Positions 37,300 to 51,815 of a stretch of DNA of 64,000 nt are shown one piece after another. Made by a program: the position numbers and the translations under genes. This DNA is from the human T2T-CHM13v2.0 reference genome, Homo sapiens. The notes under the pieces were generated by a model that saw only the letters and a list, made by a program, of their open reading frames with translations, was not told the DNA's origin and made no database searches. Numbering within the stretch: the stretch's first letter is position 1; each line of letters starts with the position of its first letter. The stretch lies in assembly GCF_009914755.1 (NCBI RefSeq), contig NC_060936.1, one strand, 5' to 3'.

Positions 37300-38650
37300 C
37301 ATATTTGCCGAGCTCCAAGCCTGATGTACTAAAAGAAGAATGGCCTAGTGACCAGGAGGATAGGGGAGGTTGGAGAAGCTTTAAAAGTGATGTTGCAACA
37401 TTTACATTGCATTCTATATGCAACATTGGGCCATTAAATATTTATAATCAATGAAGTGACAGAATCAACTTTCTGTTATTAGAAAGATCACTCCATTGGC
37501 AGTGATCTTTCTTTTATTAGAAGTGATATTCTGTTATTACAAGATTGATTCAAGAGAAGGGACTGGACGAAGGAAGGTTAAAGATAAAGAAGGCCTGAAG
37601 TAAAATCATGATTACATAGAAAGGGAAGAAAGGTTGGATATAAGTGACACTTGAGTAATGTAGTGAGGTCCAACCCCACTGAAGTGTTTTCTTCTGTAGA
37701 TTTTTATGGCCCAAACTGAACTGACCACACATCAACCTGCATGAGAAGAGTAGCTTAATACAAAAAATTCTAGACAGTAAAGATATGATATGTTTCAAAA
37801 GGAAGTTGTAAAAATTATTTTTCAGGGGATGACCTCATAGTACACTGCCTCTAGACACAAACAATAGCATGTGCACACACACTCCTCCCTTTACCTATGG
37901 AGCTTTAAAATTAACAGAGTACTATTATATATGTTATTTAATGATCACAACAACCTTAATGAAGTAGATATCATTATCCTCACTTTGCAGCTGAGCAAAG
38001 TGAACACAAAGACATGATTCTATTTGTTGGGGACATTCCACTGTGAAGTGGTGGGCTTAACTCCAGATGTTCCTACGCTGAGGTATTGTTATCCTAACAC
38101 CAAGTTTTAGTCCTGCCTGAAAGGCAGTGGTAGACTTCTACACTTCCAAAGGGCCTTTTCCAGAGGGTCTTAAATCTCCCACTTATTGACCATATAACCT
38201 TGGACAAACAAGTTACTTCTTACTGAACTTCAGCTGTCGTGACAATAAAACAGAATAATAAAAGTGCCTTTGGCATTGTCCAGCAGTCTTATAAGTCCCA
38301 CTCTCCATCAGATATTTGAAGATAGCTACTATATCAAGCAGAAATGTCACATAGGCCATGTTTCACAGATCAGCTTTGAAGTATACAGAGTTTGAAACTC
38401 TGAATATACCCATAGGATCTGTTTATTAGAGCAGAGAGTATAAGCATTGAGAAGGTCAGAGCCAAGGCCAGTATGTTTACTATTAATGAACATTAGCTAA
38501 AGAGACTAAATAATAATAGTTGGATAGAAATCAATTAAGAAATAATATTATAAAAAGTCAGGAGATGAGAGGTTCAAGTGGTTGGATACACCCAATAGAA
38601 TCAAATGTTGCAAAGAGGAAAAGCAGAGTGACTACTAATAACATTTTCTT
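37300..38650 (-). mobile_element. L2 fragments interrupted by MIRs
   Basis: ttagaaagatcactc and later L2-like motifs (gaagtatacagagtttgaaactc, tcaaatgttgcaaagagg). Confidence 0.55.
37915..38090 (-). mobile_element. MIR SINE
   Basis: atttaatgatcacaacaacc...gtagatatcattatcctcactttgcagctgagcaaagtga. Confidence 0.75.
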
Positions 38651-38659
38651 AAAGTAGAC

Positions 38660-38900
38660 AATTTAAAAGTCATGGCTCATAATTTAAATTGTCATCCATA
38701 AAACTGATAAAGATTAACAAAGTTAATACACAGTTGTTAGTGAGGGTCCAGGGAAAAGGGAAATTCACACTCTGTTCTTCAGAATGTCCACTGGAGTCAT
38801 ATAGTATCCAATAACAAAAGCCCCAAAGTGTGTACATACACTTTCCTAACAATTCCAAATTCAAGAAGTCTTCTCAAAAAAGTCAGAACTCTAGAAGCAA
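38660..38900 (+). mobile_element. Old L1M fragment (ORF2 end / 3' region)
   Basis: aaagattaacaaagttaatacacagttgttagtgagggt...gggaaattcacac resembles the L1 ORF2 C-terminal region. Confidence 0.5.
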
Positions 38901-41900
38901 CCTAAGGATACAAAAATATGGTTTTGAAGAAAAATTTATGGTTAATGGGAAAATTTAATAGAAATCATTGGTAAGGAGAATTCTGGGCAATGCTGAAGAC
39001 ATTTTATTCCCTCAAGAATACTGGCAGTAAACAGAAGGAAAGAGATCGGTAAAAGAGACATTAGAAAAATCTTGAGCCTGGATTGGTCACTGAATTTTTT
39101 TTTGACAGTAATTAAGTTTTAAAAATCCTACTAGGGTTCAAGAGTTTTGACATGTTTTCTCCATTGTGCTTTTATAGAAAGAGATACAATAGACCAGAGC
39201 CTCTTTAGCAAACAGATCAGGTACTCTAAAATCTCTAGCTAATCTAATGATAAACAAAGGTTGAGAATGCTTCTGGATTAATAAGCTAGTGCATATTATT
39301 TAAGTACACTTATCTAGTTTTATCCAAAGTCATCCTCATAATTAGACAAAAGTAATGACTCCTAAGTAAGTCTGATATCAGGGTTGATAGAGAAGACAGT
39401 GTTCAGTTGTTGAGAACTTTTGGTCCATAACTATTGGCACAGATTTTCCTCAAATGGATACATTAGTCTAAATGCCATAGAGTAAGGAGAAATAGTAATG
39501 AGGAAACTTAACAACTTATTTTCTCAAAGTAACTGTAAACCACCATATTCTGTATTTCTAATTAGGAAAAAACCGTGGCTTACAATTCCATCAGGGCAGA
39601 GCCACGATCGTGTGAATATTATCCTTTATCCTCTGGGAAAACAAACTATGGCTAACTTGGTCCATGTAAAGGACATATATTGTTTTGGGAAGGAATCCTT
39701 TTTTTACTCCCCTTTTCTCTCAAGGTTATGGGTTACCTATTTTGTCCTGTGGAATCTTTAACAACAAACATACCTGAAGACCCATTTTCAACAGGTTTTG
39801 TCAGTTTCAAAGAGCTAAGGAGTCACTGCCTGGTGGGTCATCCACTTCCGACAGAGAAGGGTGACCCAGATGATGGGCACTGATGCCCTCAGCCTTCTTC
39901 ACTTCAGTAGAATTCATCTGGCCTTTTTTTGGTTTGTTTCCAATGTAGGTAAATGAGCTCTGCAAATATTAACCGGTGTCAGGCATGCTGTGAGCCTCTT
40001 CCTAACGAGGCCCTAAGGACGTAAGCTGGAGGAGCTATTTCAGCTGGTCTAAAGGCACTACCTAACAGTCAGACTTTTAATTTCACTTAAGTGCAAATCA
40101 GAGAAGGATAGTCCTGGAAGGCTTTTTAAATATGAAGGAATAAACTCAAATCATAGCATAATTCAGTTAATGACACAATAGGGCTTTCAGAAATGACCTA
40201 AGGCAAATGATAAAGCAATGATTAAAACAAAAAACAAATCCCAAACTAGTCACACAGCATTATGAAGGTCTGTTATTTTGAAGTGCTCCTTTGCAGACGT
40301 GTCTACATTTATCTTAATAAACAGTAGGCCTGATCCAGGATCTGGGAGGTAGCCATATGATAATGATCTTGGTGCCAGACCTATTTGAAGATACTGTATT
40401 AGAAAAGATCAAACTTCAGCAAAGTTCTTTTTGTCTACTCATCACACTCCTGCATTTTGGGCCTTCTAATTTTTAATTCCTTTTTTTTTTTTTTGATATT
40501 TATTCCGAGCTTTATTCTACAATCTCTGCCTTATAGATTCATGCCGCATTATCTGGCTTGGGTCATAAGCTCCTAGAATACGAGGATTCTATCAGTCTAA
40601 ATGGCTTTAAAGAGTATGAAAACAGCATGGGGCATAGGACTTCAAAATGTTTTTCTGATGATGATTAATCTCTTCTGAAAAGTTAGCAGCAGCCAATCAA
40701 ATGATAAAAATAATAATTTTTTCTTTAGCCTCTTGTTCAGTGCTTTTATCTGCTTTAAAAAGTATATGTATGGGTCTCTCTCTCTCTTTCTCTCTGTCTT
40801 TGCCCATTTCTTTATCTAGCTCCATATTTCTCTCTATATCCCCAGGCAGAGAAAAGCAGCAGAATGCCCTGGTTCTGCAATTTGTGAAAAAACAAAAAGG
40901 CAGACATCATTCAAATAATTTATCAAAATTATTTCAATAGAAGAGAAATTATACGGTATAAATTAAATAGTATAGTATATGATACAGGATACTTCAGTAC
41001 TTTATTACAAAAATAATCATATATATTTGCCCATGGAACAAATAATCCTCTACTTATGGTCTCAGAGAATGATCTATAGTGAGGAAATATTCCATAAGTT
41101 TGTACCTTTCACTCCATTTTCTTCAACAAGTCCCCAGATACACAATAATACCGTTTTCTATGACACAGAACACACTGGCTGTTATGAGACAGAAGTAAAA
41201 TACCCATCAGTAGAACTGTAGCTGATGTTTTATTGTTCAAACATACACATTTCAGAGTATATAAAGTTAAAGCTTTCTTCCTTAAATATTGTCATGTCTA
41301 AACATTACAATAATATATGCTTTCCTTTTTAATTAAGAAAGCTCCAACATACATATATATTTTATCTAATTTCTCACTCCTAGGCATGTAATATTCACTT
41401 TTGAAACAAAAATAATCATTTAACTTATTTACCAAGGAGAAAAATAGTAATGTTGTCTATTTAACTGTATGCCCTGTGAAATTCAGTTAAAGGAAAAAAT
41501 TGTAAATTAGATTCACCTGTCCCAGTTGCTAATCACTCTGGTGTCCCTGAATGGAAACAAGTACTTAATTTATACCAAATCACTATCAATGAGCTAATTA
41601 TCAAGTCACTACTTGTGTATAAGCATTCATGACAAGAAAGTGAAAACTGAGGAAATAGATTGGCAAATATTTAAGGGTTACTTTTCACTTGTGTTATCTA
41701 AATGCTTCCTACCTCAATATATTATTGCTTCATTCCCCTACTTTTCTGTTTTAAATTATGAATTGTGGGTAAAAAGTGGTTAATGTGTCATTTGTTTAAA
41801 TGCTTTCAAAAAAAGAATTCTTCTTTATGACATATTTTCCTGTTATATTGAATGGAACTAATGGCAATTTGTTCTCATTATTTTACAAGAAGGTATCTTT

Positions 41901-42189
41901 GAAAGTAATATATTTTTTAAAAAGTCCAGAGTGTAAGAAAGCAATATAAAGTATGTTTAAAGGCATTTTTTTAGTATACAGGAAACTAAATATATTTCTA
42001 GATATCTTGCAAACACCTTTTCCTTGAATCATTTATTTACAATGGGTACATAAACACAGTAACATTCACATTTTCAAAGTGGTATTTCAAAAACTTTGTG
42101 CATATGCCTAGTTAACATTTGCCTTATTTCTGTGAGGTAAAATAATACCTATTATTAAATGTTTTGATATCATGTGTTCCCATGACAAC

Positions 42190-43450
42190 ATCATCAGTTT
42201 TTCAATATAACAAACATTTGCTGAGTGCCTAGTATGTATAAAGCATGGAATTATGGGCTATGGAGCTTATAAAATAAACACACACAGTTCCTGCCCTGAA
42301 GATGCTTAAAACTGAAGGATTATTTATTTGCATTTATGAATCCCACAAATGTTTCATAAACCATAAAAATTCCTATTTTATTTCTGAAATGATATTCTAT
42401 ATCAGACTATTCTAGATTATTTAGATTTACCAGTCCAATGGATTCAAATATTGCTTTTAGAAATTCAATGCCCTCATTTTCACTGTTTTTATTCTAATGG
42501 ATCAAAATAACTATAAGTCAAAATGTATGTGACACTTCTATTGCATAGTTTTTGATTTGTGAAGGAGTACAAGATAACTGTATTTCTTACAGTCTGAAAG
42601 GAAGTATAGAGGCACATCAAAGGACAGGACTGAGAAGGGCATTCCAGGCATGCAGAAATACATAGGAAAAGATGTGTAGGTTGATATGGCTGGAGTTTGG
42701 CAGAGCCAACGGTGGGGAAGAGGGGAAGAGGAAGAAGAGAAAGAAAGGGCTGTAGAAGATCATCTTTAAAGGGTAGTAGTTATTAGTTTAACAAATCAAG
42801 ACTTTTGAAGCCATGCTAAGGAGTTTATATTTAATCTAAAAATTAAGGCAGGTCACCAAAGGATGTGATGGAAAATAGATATATATATGAAATATGTGAG
42901 ATTAGGGAAGATGTGACAAACATGTAGAGGATGTTTTGGAAAACAACCATACTAGAAGCAGCGATATGTTTAAAGAGATAGTACAATAACCCAGGAAAAC
43001 ATCATTAAGGTAAATGAACTGGGGTAGTGGAAGAAGAGACATAGAGGAGGAGCTGGGCTGGAAAGAAACGTAGAAAGGAGAAGGGAAAGAATACGATGAC
43101 ACTGGATGTGGGGAAGGGTGGTGGGTTGGGAATGACAAATGGGTTTTGGCTTGAGTGCCATTTGTAAGTAAGAGATGGAAAATACAAGAAGAGGAGTGAC
43201 TTTTATGTGTTTCTTCATAGAAGAGGGAGAGAGTAGTGTGGAATCATGAATTGTTTGAGACATGCTATGTTTGAGTTGTCTGCGAGATATCCAAGTGAAG
43301 ATGTTCAGCCAGCCAATGAATATACAGACCTCCCGTTCAAGAGAAAAGTGTGAGGTGGAAATATAAATGTGTGTGTCATTAGCATATACGTTGATAAATG
43401 AAATCTTGAATGTGAATGAGATTCTCAGGAAATATAGAGCAATACAAGAA
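42190..43450 (-). mobile_element. L2 fragment
   Basis: aacaaacatttgctgagtgcctagtatg (3' end), gggcattccaggca, gccatgctaaggagttt, gacatgctatgtttgag, gatatccaagtgaagatgt. Confidence 0.8.
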
Positions 43451-43649
43451 ACAGTGAGAGAGAGCGAGCATTAAAACAACTTTAGCCCCCCTAATTTCCC
43501 AAGCCTTACACTAATGATAAGATCACCTAAGTTTTGATGAGCAATTAACTCCATTCAGGTCGCCATTATCTATAGCACCTCTTCTTTCTCATTGATATTT
43601 GCCAGTGATTTCAAAACTCAGTCCTATTTTTGCTTATTTTAATTTTGTC

Positions 43650-43910
43650 CCATTTACTATCACCCAAAATCATGTTTTTAAGACTTACGCATGCTATTGC
43701 ACATAAAGCTAATTCATTCATTTTAACGAACACGCATTGTTTGCATGCTCTTTGTTTACTCATTCCTCCCTTGGTAAATATTAGATGATTTCTACTTTTT
43801 TGCTACCAAAAACAGTGTTGTCTTTTTGTCACCTCTTTGAGCACATAAGCAAAGTGTTCTATGAGGAGGTATTTACTTGGAACTGGAATGATTCAGTGCT
43901 CAGAATGCCC
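43650..43910 (-). mobile_element. Old L1M 3' fragment
   Basis: attcattcatttt...tttgtttactcattcctcccttggtaaatattagatgatttctac matches an antisense L1ME-type 3' UTR. Confidence 0.6.
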
Positions 43911-44727
43911 ATTTATATGATTTCAGGAGAAAAGGAGTGAGATGGAGGGTTAGTGAGTGAATACAAAAGAGGAAAATATGCTTTTGAAGGAAATAATATA
44001 TATGAAAATATGTTTAAGCTGTAAAATGTCATTTGGATGCTAGCTATCATTAACATTATTTTCTTTCTTTCTAAACCAACTTTATTTTATTCAGTTCTTG
44101 TCTGTGTAATACGACAAGGACCAAAATGTTACTTATTTCCCAAATGACATTCTATCTTTAGGAGGATAACGATAGTTGTATGATTTTTTACAAGGAAATC
44201 ATGGTGAAATAAATTTGGGATGTGATACATAATATGTGCATTTCCTGCAGTACTGAAATTTATACTAAATATATTAAAAGCTCCAAGGATTGTTATTTAA
44301 GTTTGTTTAACTCAGTATTTGACAAACTTATTTTACCTAGGAACCTCTTCCAAACACACCTATTAACAATTTATAGAACTAGTGGCCTGTGGAGCAGGTT
44401 GGAAGAGATAAGCTGAATTCAGAATTCACTGCTGAGCTGATAAAACCTTCAGAAGCAGCACTGTGATTTCTACTGGCCCTTCTGGACTTGCCCCTGGTAA
44501 TGTGATGTTAATGTGTCCCCTTCCACTCTTTCTCCGGACTCTGCCACATTCTAAGAATTCTACTTGAGAATATATCACAAAGCAAAATGATTTCTGTCTC
44601 TCAATGCCAAATCTTAAATGAGTCTACAGAAGGTACACATTTTCTTTGTTTTACTAAAAACAGCAACGTATTATTCTAAACATTTATTTTGTTTCGATCT
44701 AGTCCAGCTATTGAGCTCTTTATTTTC

Positions 44728-44915
44728 TTAACAAACATGACATAGTGCTTACTATATGTCAATCACTATTTTCTTTACTTATATACATCCCCTCAACCGT
44801 CCTATAAGAGTCTAATTATCCCCAGTTTGCAGAAGGGCAAGGTGGGGCTGAGAGAGAGAAAGGGAAAGAGCCAGGGTGCAAACCCAGACATTTGCTGGTT
44901 CCTCAACGTTCTCAC
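44728..44915 (-). mobile_element. MIR SINE
   Basis: catagtgcttactatatgtcaatcact...attatccccagtttgcagaagggcaag...ggtgcaaacccaga. Confidence 0.65.
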
Positions 44916-46839
44916 TGCCATCTGGCCCCCAAAGGCAAAGCACAGACTGCCATCTCTTAGAGGAAAGGATGTTCCTTGTTTTGGCATCACCTCAATTCTT
45001 TTTTTCTTTTCAAAGAAGGGAAGGCAAGGGGCTGAGGGGAGGGAAACAGGGATGCATTTCTGTTTTCTGGTATCATTATACATTATTTAAAATTTATGCA
45101 TATTTTGGAAAACTAGTTGACCTGACAAGAATAAGACAGTCTAAACTTGTAGAGTTAAACAGTCCCTCCATGGTGAGATTTTAGACTGATTCAGAGTTGT
45201 GTTAACCTAATGACTGACACACTTTATTGTGGATTGTAGTAAATAACAACAAAGCTAGGTTTTATGATGCTTTTCTCCTACTAAATGTGTGTCACAGCCA
45301 TTTACAAACCCATTTGGTGCAATTCTTATCCTTGAGGTTTATTTATTTGCTTTTTAAAATATATTGCATTGTCTTATTTTAAAAAAATCGTCAACAGAAA
45401 TAATTGCAAGGAATTGTGGAAAAGATCAATGGCCTGTAATTTGTATTTCAATAGAGATACTAAAATAAGCTGCTTTTATTTTTTATTTATTTTAGAGGAT
45501 GGTTTCAAAGCCTTCTTTTGACAGCTACCACAACCCTATACTGAAGCAGGAATGGCTTGGAAAAAATCTCACTCTCCCAAAATATCAATAAAATGAGCAA
45601 GAAAAATTAGCTTCACAGCAGGCCACTTTAATGAGACACAGAAGAAAATTGGACAAGGCAGATAATATGATGGCTTTTGGAATATAATAGAGAATAGAAT
45701 TAGTAAGTATAAAAGAAGCCCCATCATTGTATAAACCAAACGCCCACGGTGGGAGGAAAATCTTACATATCTATGAAATGATGGGCAGGCGTGCATGTGC
45801 CTGTAGGTCAAAGGATACATTCTTTTGTATGTATTTCTGTATGTGGATGCAAATGTGTCCATATAGATTATTCCATGCAAAACCTAGTATGCTATCCCTA
45901 TCACAACAACAAATAAACATTATTACTACAACCCAACTTTCCAAAAAAAAAATAATAATAAGATAGGGTAGGTGTAGCTCTTGAATGTAATGTAACATTT
46001 CCTAAGTAGAAAAATCAACTGCTTTCAGATGTGAAACTACATTGTAGAAGAAAGTGAAGTGATTCTTATAGTGAATAGCGACAACCACATAAAAATGAAG
46101 GATCTCTTAGGATTAAAAGGTCCTTCTCAAGTAAATAGAAGTCATTTTTATTATGACAGACATAAAGGTCACCAACTTTTGCTATATTCTCAGTGGAAGA
46201 AAATAAGGTACTGATTTATAAATGTATTATTTAAAATTTCACATGCCTAACAGACACATCTTATAGAAAACTTCATGAGATATTTTTAAAGTCTTCGGGA
46301 AAAGAAATTCACTTCAAATCATTATTGTCAAAATCCATTATCAACTCTCAAGCAGGTCATAAAGACTCTGAGCTATGTCTTCAAAAATTCAAGCTGTTAT
46401 ATAGTAAATTCTCACTCCAAATCAGTTCCTCAGAGATAGTGTTTTAAGTAAGTGATACTTCAAAAGAAACCACTATCCACAACTGTTTTACTCGGCCATG
46501 ATCTTCATAGTGTTTACAGGGCATTAGCATCTTCCCACACAATGTGTTTTGGTTCCTGTCCTCGTTCATTCATCCAACATGTATTTTACATGTGTTGTCC
46601 AGCACTAGGCTAAAGATAGAAAATTAGACAAGAAATGAGAAGTATTAAAAGTGTAGTGGCTCTGGAATTAAAAGGACCTAGATTAGGATGCCACGTGCGA
46701 TGCTGCATAATGGTAGCCTTGAGCAAATTATTCCCCTCAAAGATATCAGGGGTCTTCTAGCCGTTTGTTTATAAACTTTGTTTCACTACAGATACATAGT
46801 AAATGATGGATCTGACTGATCTAAGCTATGTCATGCCAT

Positions 46840-47555
46840 CCTCGCCACCCCAATCTCAAGGCTGTCCAGCCTTATACTTGTCCAGCTATTTGGAGGGCTG
46901 GCGGAATGAATTCGTTAGGTGTATTGTTGCCTGAACCACAAAGGGCGTCCTGGGAGAAAGCAATAACGGAGGCTAATAAACTAAGTGTAAGGATAATGAA
47001 TTTTTTTTCAGAGGAGAGTGGCACCTTTAAGTACAGCAGGTTTCATAGCTTAAGATTGTTTCCTGACCCCGCCGTTTTTCTCAGGGGCTCGTGTCAGAGT
47101 CCTTGGGAAAGGGAAAGACAAAAATGAAATAAAAGAGTGGTTTCACAGCGTTCAGGAGGAACATTGGAAAACACAAGGCAGCTCTCCTCTGCCATCCGCA
47201 AAATAGCAGGCAGCGCTAGTGCAAGGACAGGGAACTTGCGCCACATCTGCAAGGCAACTGTAGGGTGGCCGGTGACATTTCTGCATTAGTCAGTGCAAAG
47301 GAGGAGAATGGGGCAAATGCCACAGAACAAACCAGGCGCCATGCTTGTGAACACTCATGAGACCCAGAGTCCGGTAGGAAGAAGACAGGAGTAAGGGCAG
47401 AAGTCACTGCTCTTCTCGATAAGGAAAACCTGATTTTACCCTCAGACATACACAGAACCAGGAGAAGCAGACTTAAAATGTGCCCTTAGGACCTCTGTCA
47501 CTTGTGTTCCACGTGTTTCTGATGGCATTTGCAGCCCACTGCACACCCCGTCGGC
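46840..47555. promoter_or_regulatory. CpG-enriched unique block, candidate enhancer or CTCF site
   Basis: 19 CpG counted in about 710 bp, against a depleted background. Contains RUNX-type AACCACA (about 46934), E-boxes CACATCTG and CACGTG, and a partial CTCF-like tagcaggcagcgcta (47204). Confidence 0.4.
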
Positions 47556-48087
47556 CCACACATGTACCTATTTGAATTTGAGTGATAAAACTTGAAAACC
47601 AATGAGATTTATAGTACTTGGTTTGCATTTAAACAAAAAGTCTCCATGATTTGTAATAGATAAATTATCAAGCGCATTATGAATACATATGGTACAAAAT
47701 TATCTCCCCAATTGTCAGAAATAATGAAATTTGGCTTTCAGTAGTGTAGTCAAAGTGAAGCACTGGATTCAGAGGACACAGAATATTGCGGTGCCACTAA
47801 TGAGACGCCTTGGCCAAGCCACTGCTGCACCTACCTACACTACTTCATCTACAACATCGTTATAAATTCATGTGGAATTGGGCAATAATTGCCCCTTCCC
47901 CAAACCACCATTACTAGAAATGTGGCTTAGCAAATAGCTATCCCACTGAAGCACCATTTCTAGCTCTTCTTGCTCTAGTGGGCTTCCAGAGTACAGTGGT
48001 CCTAGGTAGGCTTGGTAGTTAAACTAGGTGCTGTAGCAATGGGGCAAAATGGACACTTTGATTTATTCCCTACTTATTTTACTCTAA

Positions 48088-48497
<410 letters not shown>

Positions 48498-48690
48498 AGC
48501 CAACAGACAGTTTTTAAAGTGTTGACTATGATTTGCTCAGAATTTTATGAGGCAATGGAGAAAAACGAGACAGAAACGGCTTTCATATGCGCTTTCTGAA
48601 GGAAGCAATCCTAATGCAATGATAACACTGAATGTTTAGCATGGGAGTGTGAATAGGGGGCTAGAGAAGCATATAAAGAAGGGACCCTTT

Positions 48691-48825
48691 GGCCAGGTGC
48701 AGTGGCTCATGCCTGTAATCTCAGCACATTGGGAGATTGAGGCAGGAGGATTGCTGGAGCCCAGGAGTTCGAGGGCAGCCTGGGCAACACAGCAAGACCC
48801 TGTCTCTATTTTTAAAAAAAAGAAG
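48691..48825 (+). mobile_element. FLAM (free left Alu monomer)
   Basis: Single monomer with an A tail and TSD AAGAAGGGACCCT (48676-48688) / AAGAAAGGACCCT (48826-48838). Confidence 0.88.
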
Positions 48826-48985
48826 AAGAAAGGACCCTGACGCACTCTGATTGAGGGGGAAAGTTTCCATTTTCACAGAGAAAGTGGCATTTAAGTTGAG
48901 TCTTGAAGTTAGGGTTAGAGTTTATGAGGTTTTCTACAGAGAAAGACAAAAACAAGCAAAAGGCAGAAAATGTGCATAGATGCTA

Positions 48986-49553
<568 letters not shown>

Positions 49554-50584
49554 GGAAGTTTCAGTTTGGATCGGAGGAACTGAAAGAGGGAAATTAGTGA
49601 GAAGTGTTGTTCACAGCAACAGGCAAGGGATTCCCTCCTGGCAGAAAGAGAAAAATCTCTGAGGGAAAAGCAGAAAGATGCAGAAAGTTACTGTCCCCAC
49701 TGTGAAGAGGATGTGAGATTTTAAACATCAGAAATTTCAACTCAAATAAGTTTGAAAGAAGCAAACAGGTCCAATAAAAGAGAGTCAATTAGGCTATGAA
49801 AGCAGAGTTTTCTCAAGAGAATGAGAAAGGTCATCAATTCCCCAGGGACAAGGATGCTAAATCTTTATTATTTTCCCCTCAATGAAACTTTATTATTAAA
49901 AGCACCCTAGGAACCTTTTCATAAATTAGGTGCTTCTGGTAGAAGTCTCACTTTTTATTTTAATTTCCTACAGCAGGAATTCCAGAAGTTAAAAATCATG
50001 TTTACTGGGAGGAAGGGGTAAAACCTAGAGAGATTAGGAAGTTGAATTCCAAAAGGGTGGTCCAGAGTATTCACAATCACACTCCCGTGCCATCTTCCTC
50101 TCCTTTCACCTCATCTAACCCATCGCATCGTCCCACCCTCTCGCACATGTGTACACTTGAGTTTTGAGCCATAAATCTTGCAAACTCTGTCAACTGACAG
50201 CCTAATAGCATGAAAGAAGTATCTGCAAACAAGATGGTTTCGAGCCATTGCTCATGACCCCGAACAAATCAGGGCCTGGTTCCCGTTGAAGTTTGGAGTC
50301 TCCCCTTTAATCACTTCACTGGACAGATTGATGTGACACTTAAGAAATAAACTAAAAGGTCTGTTTTCCAGCTATCTGCTGGTCTCATTGACTCTTTCCC
50401 TAACAGTTAAGTTGAGCTTGTCATATTTTGAGACCTAATCAATGTATAAATGAGGGGCAGCTGATACGCTGGCCTTTTCTGCTCATATTAGTTATTCACA
50501 AGGAATGCAGCCTTTTCCAGCTTTCTACCTGGTAATCAGTGAGGAGTATTCATATAGCAACATGGTGAGGTTAAGAGCTAAGGC

Positions 50585-50795
50585 CATGGTTATCAATCTT
50601 GGGTGCACAGAAAAAAATTGCCTGAGGAGTTCAGTAGTTGCTGGGGTCAGGGCGGGGGAAGTGATATTTTAATATTTTAATACAGATGCTGGGGCCTTAA
50701 ACCAAACCTAATAAATTAGAATTTCTGGGTGTGAGGCTCAGGAATTTTTATGAACGTCCACTGTAAATTCTGATGTTCAGTCATAGTTAGGAATA
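50585..50795. mobile_element. MER5A-like hAT/Charlie MITE
   Basis: ggttatcaatcttgggtgcaca...aatacagatgctgggg...ttagaatttctggg...ttctgatg...gttaggaa. Confidence 0.6.
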
Positions 50796-50854
50796 AGAAG
50801 TTATCCCGGATATTCATCCAGTTACTACCAGCCGTGGAAAATGATGATCCACAA

Positions 50855-51340
50855 AGCAATGTTTCCCTGGGAGCAGCATGCAAAAGTGCAATTTCCTGGG
50901 AACCACTGAGCCCTACTGAATCAGAATCTTGGGCAGTGTGACCCAGAAATCTAAGGGTGCTTTTTTTGTTTGTTTTTTTGTTTTTTTTTTCTGAGACAGT
51001 CTCACTGTGTCACCCAGTCTGGAGTACAGTGGTATAATCTCGGCTCACTGCAACCTACGCCTCCTGGGTTCAAGTGATCCTCCAGCCTCAGCCTCCCAGG
51101 CAGCTGGGATTACTAGTGTGCCCCACCATACCTGGTTAATTTTTGTATTTTTAGTAGAGATGAGGTTTTGCCATGTTTGCCCAGGATGGTCTCGAACTCC
51201 TCAGCTCAAGTGATCTGCCCACCTTGGCTTCTCAAAGTGCCGGGATTACAGGTGTGAGCCACTGCACCCGGCAGAAATCTGAGTTTTGACAAACTTCTTA
51301 GATGAGTTTTAGATTCACCACCTTTGGAGAAACACTCTAA
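50855..51340. mobile_element. MER5-like MITE interrupted by an Alu
   Basis: cctactgaatcagaatct...cccagaaatct[Alu]agaaatctgagttttgacaaac...tttggagaaacact. Confidence 0.65.
50961..51272 (-). mobile_element. AluS (Sx/Sz-like)
   Basis: Full antisense dimer with TSD cagaaatct(a/g)ag. Confidence 0.93.
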
Positions 51341-51549
51341 AGGACTTACAAATAGCTGCTTTGTTTTCTTACTATGCCATTTCTAGCAGATGTTATCATT
51401 ACTTGGGGAGATAGAAGGAGTCTGGGAGAACTCAGTGAGACCAAACCAATTCTTGTTCCAGACATTAGTAAGAATACAGAATGAGTGGGGGGGGGAACCC
51501 ACAAAACAAAAACAAGGCGGAAATAATTTTTCTGCCTTAAGAAAAGAGA

Positions 51550-51815
51550 ACTTTGGGAGGCTGAGGTGGGCAGATCACCTGAGGTCAGGAGTTTGAGACC
51601 AGCCTGACTAACATGGTGAAACCCCACCTGTACTAAAAATACAAAATTAGCCAGGTGTGGTGGCTGGTGCCTGTAATCCCAGCTGCTCAGGAGGCTGAGG
51701 AAGGAGAATCGCTTGAACCAGGAGGCAAAGGTTGCAGTGAGCCAAGATTGTGCCGTTGCACTCCAGCCCGGGCCACAAGAGTGAACTTCCATCTCAAAAA
51801 AAAAAGAAAAGAAAA
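51550..51815 (+). mobile_element. 5'-truncated AluS (Sq-like)
   Basis: Starts at actttgggagg and has gatcacctgaggtcagg and the acaagagtgaa 3' variant. aagaaaag(a/g)ga on both flanks. Confidence 0.93.
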
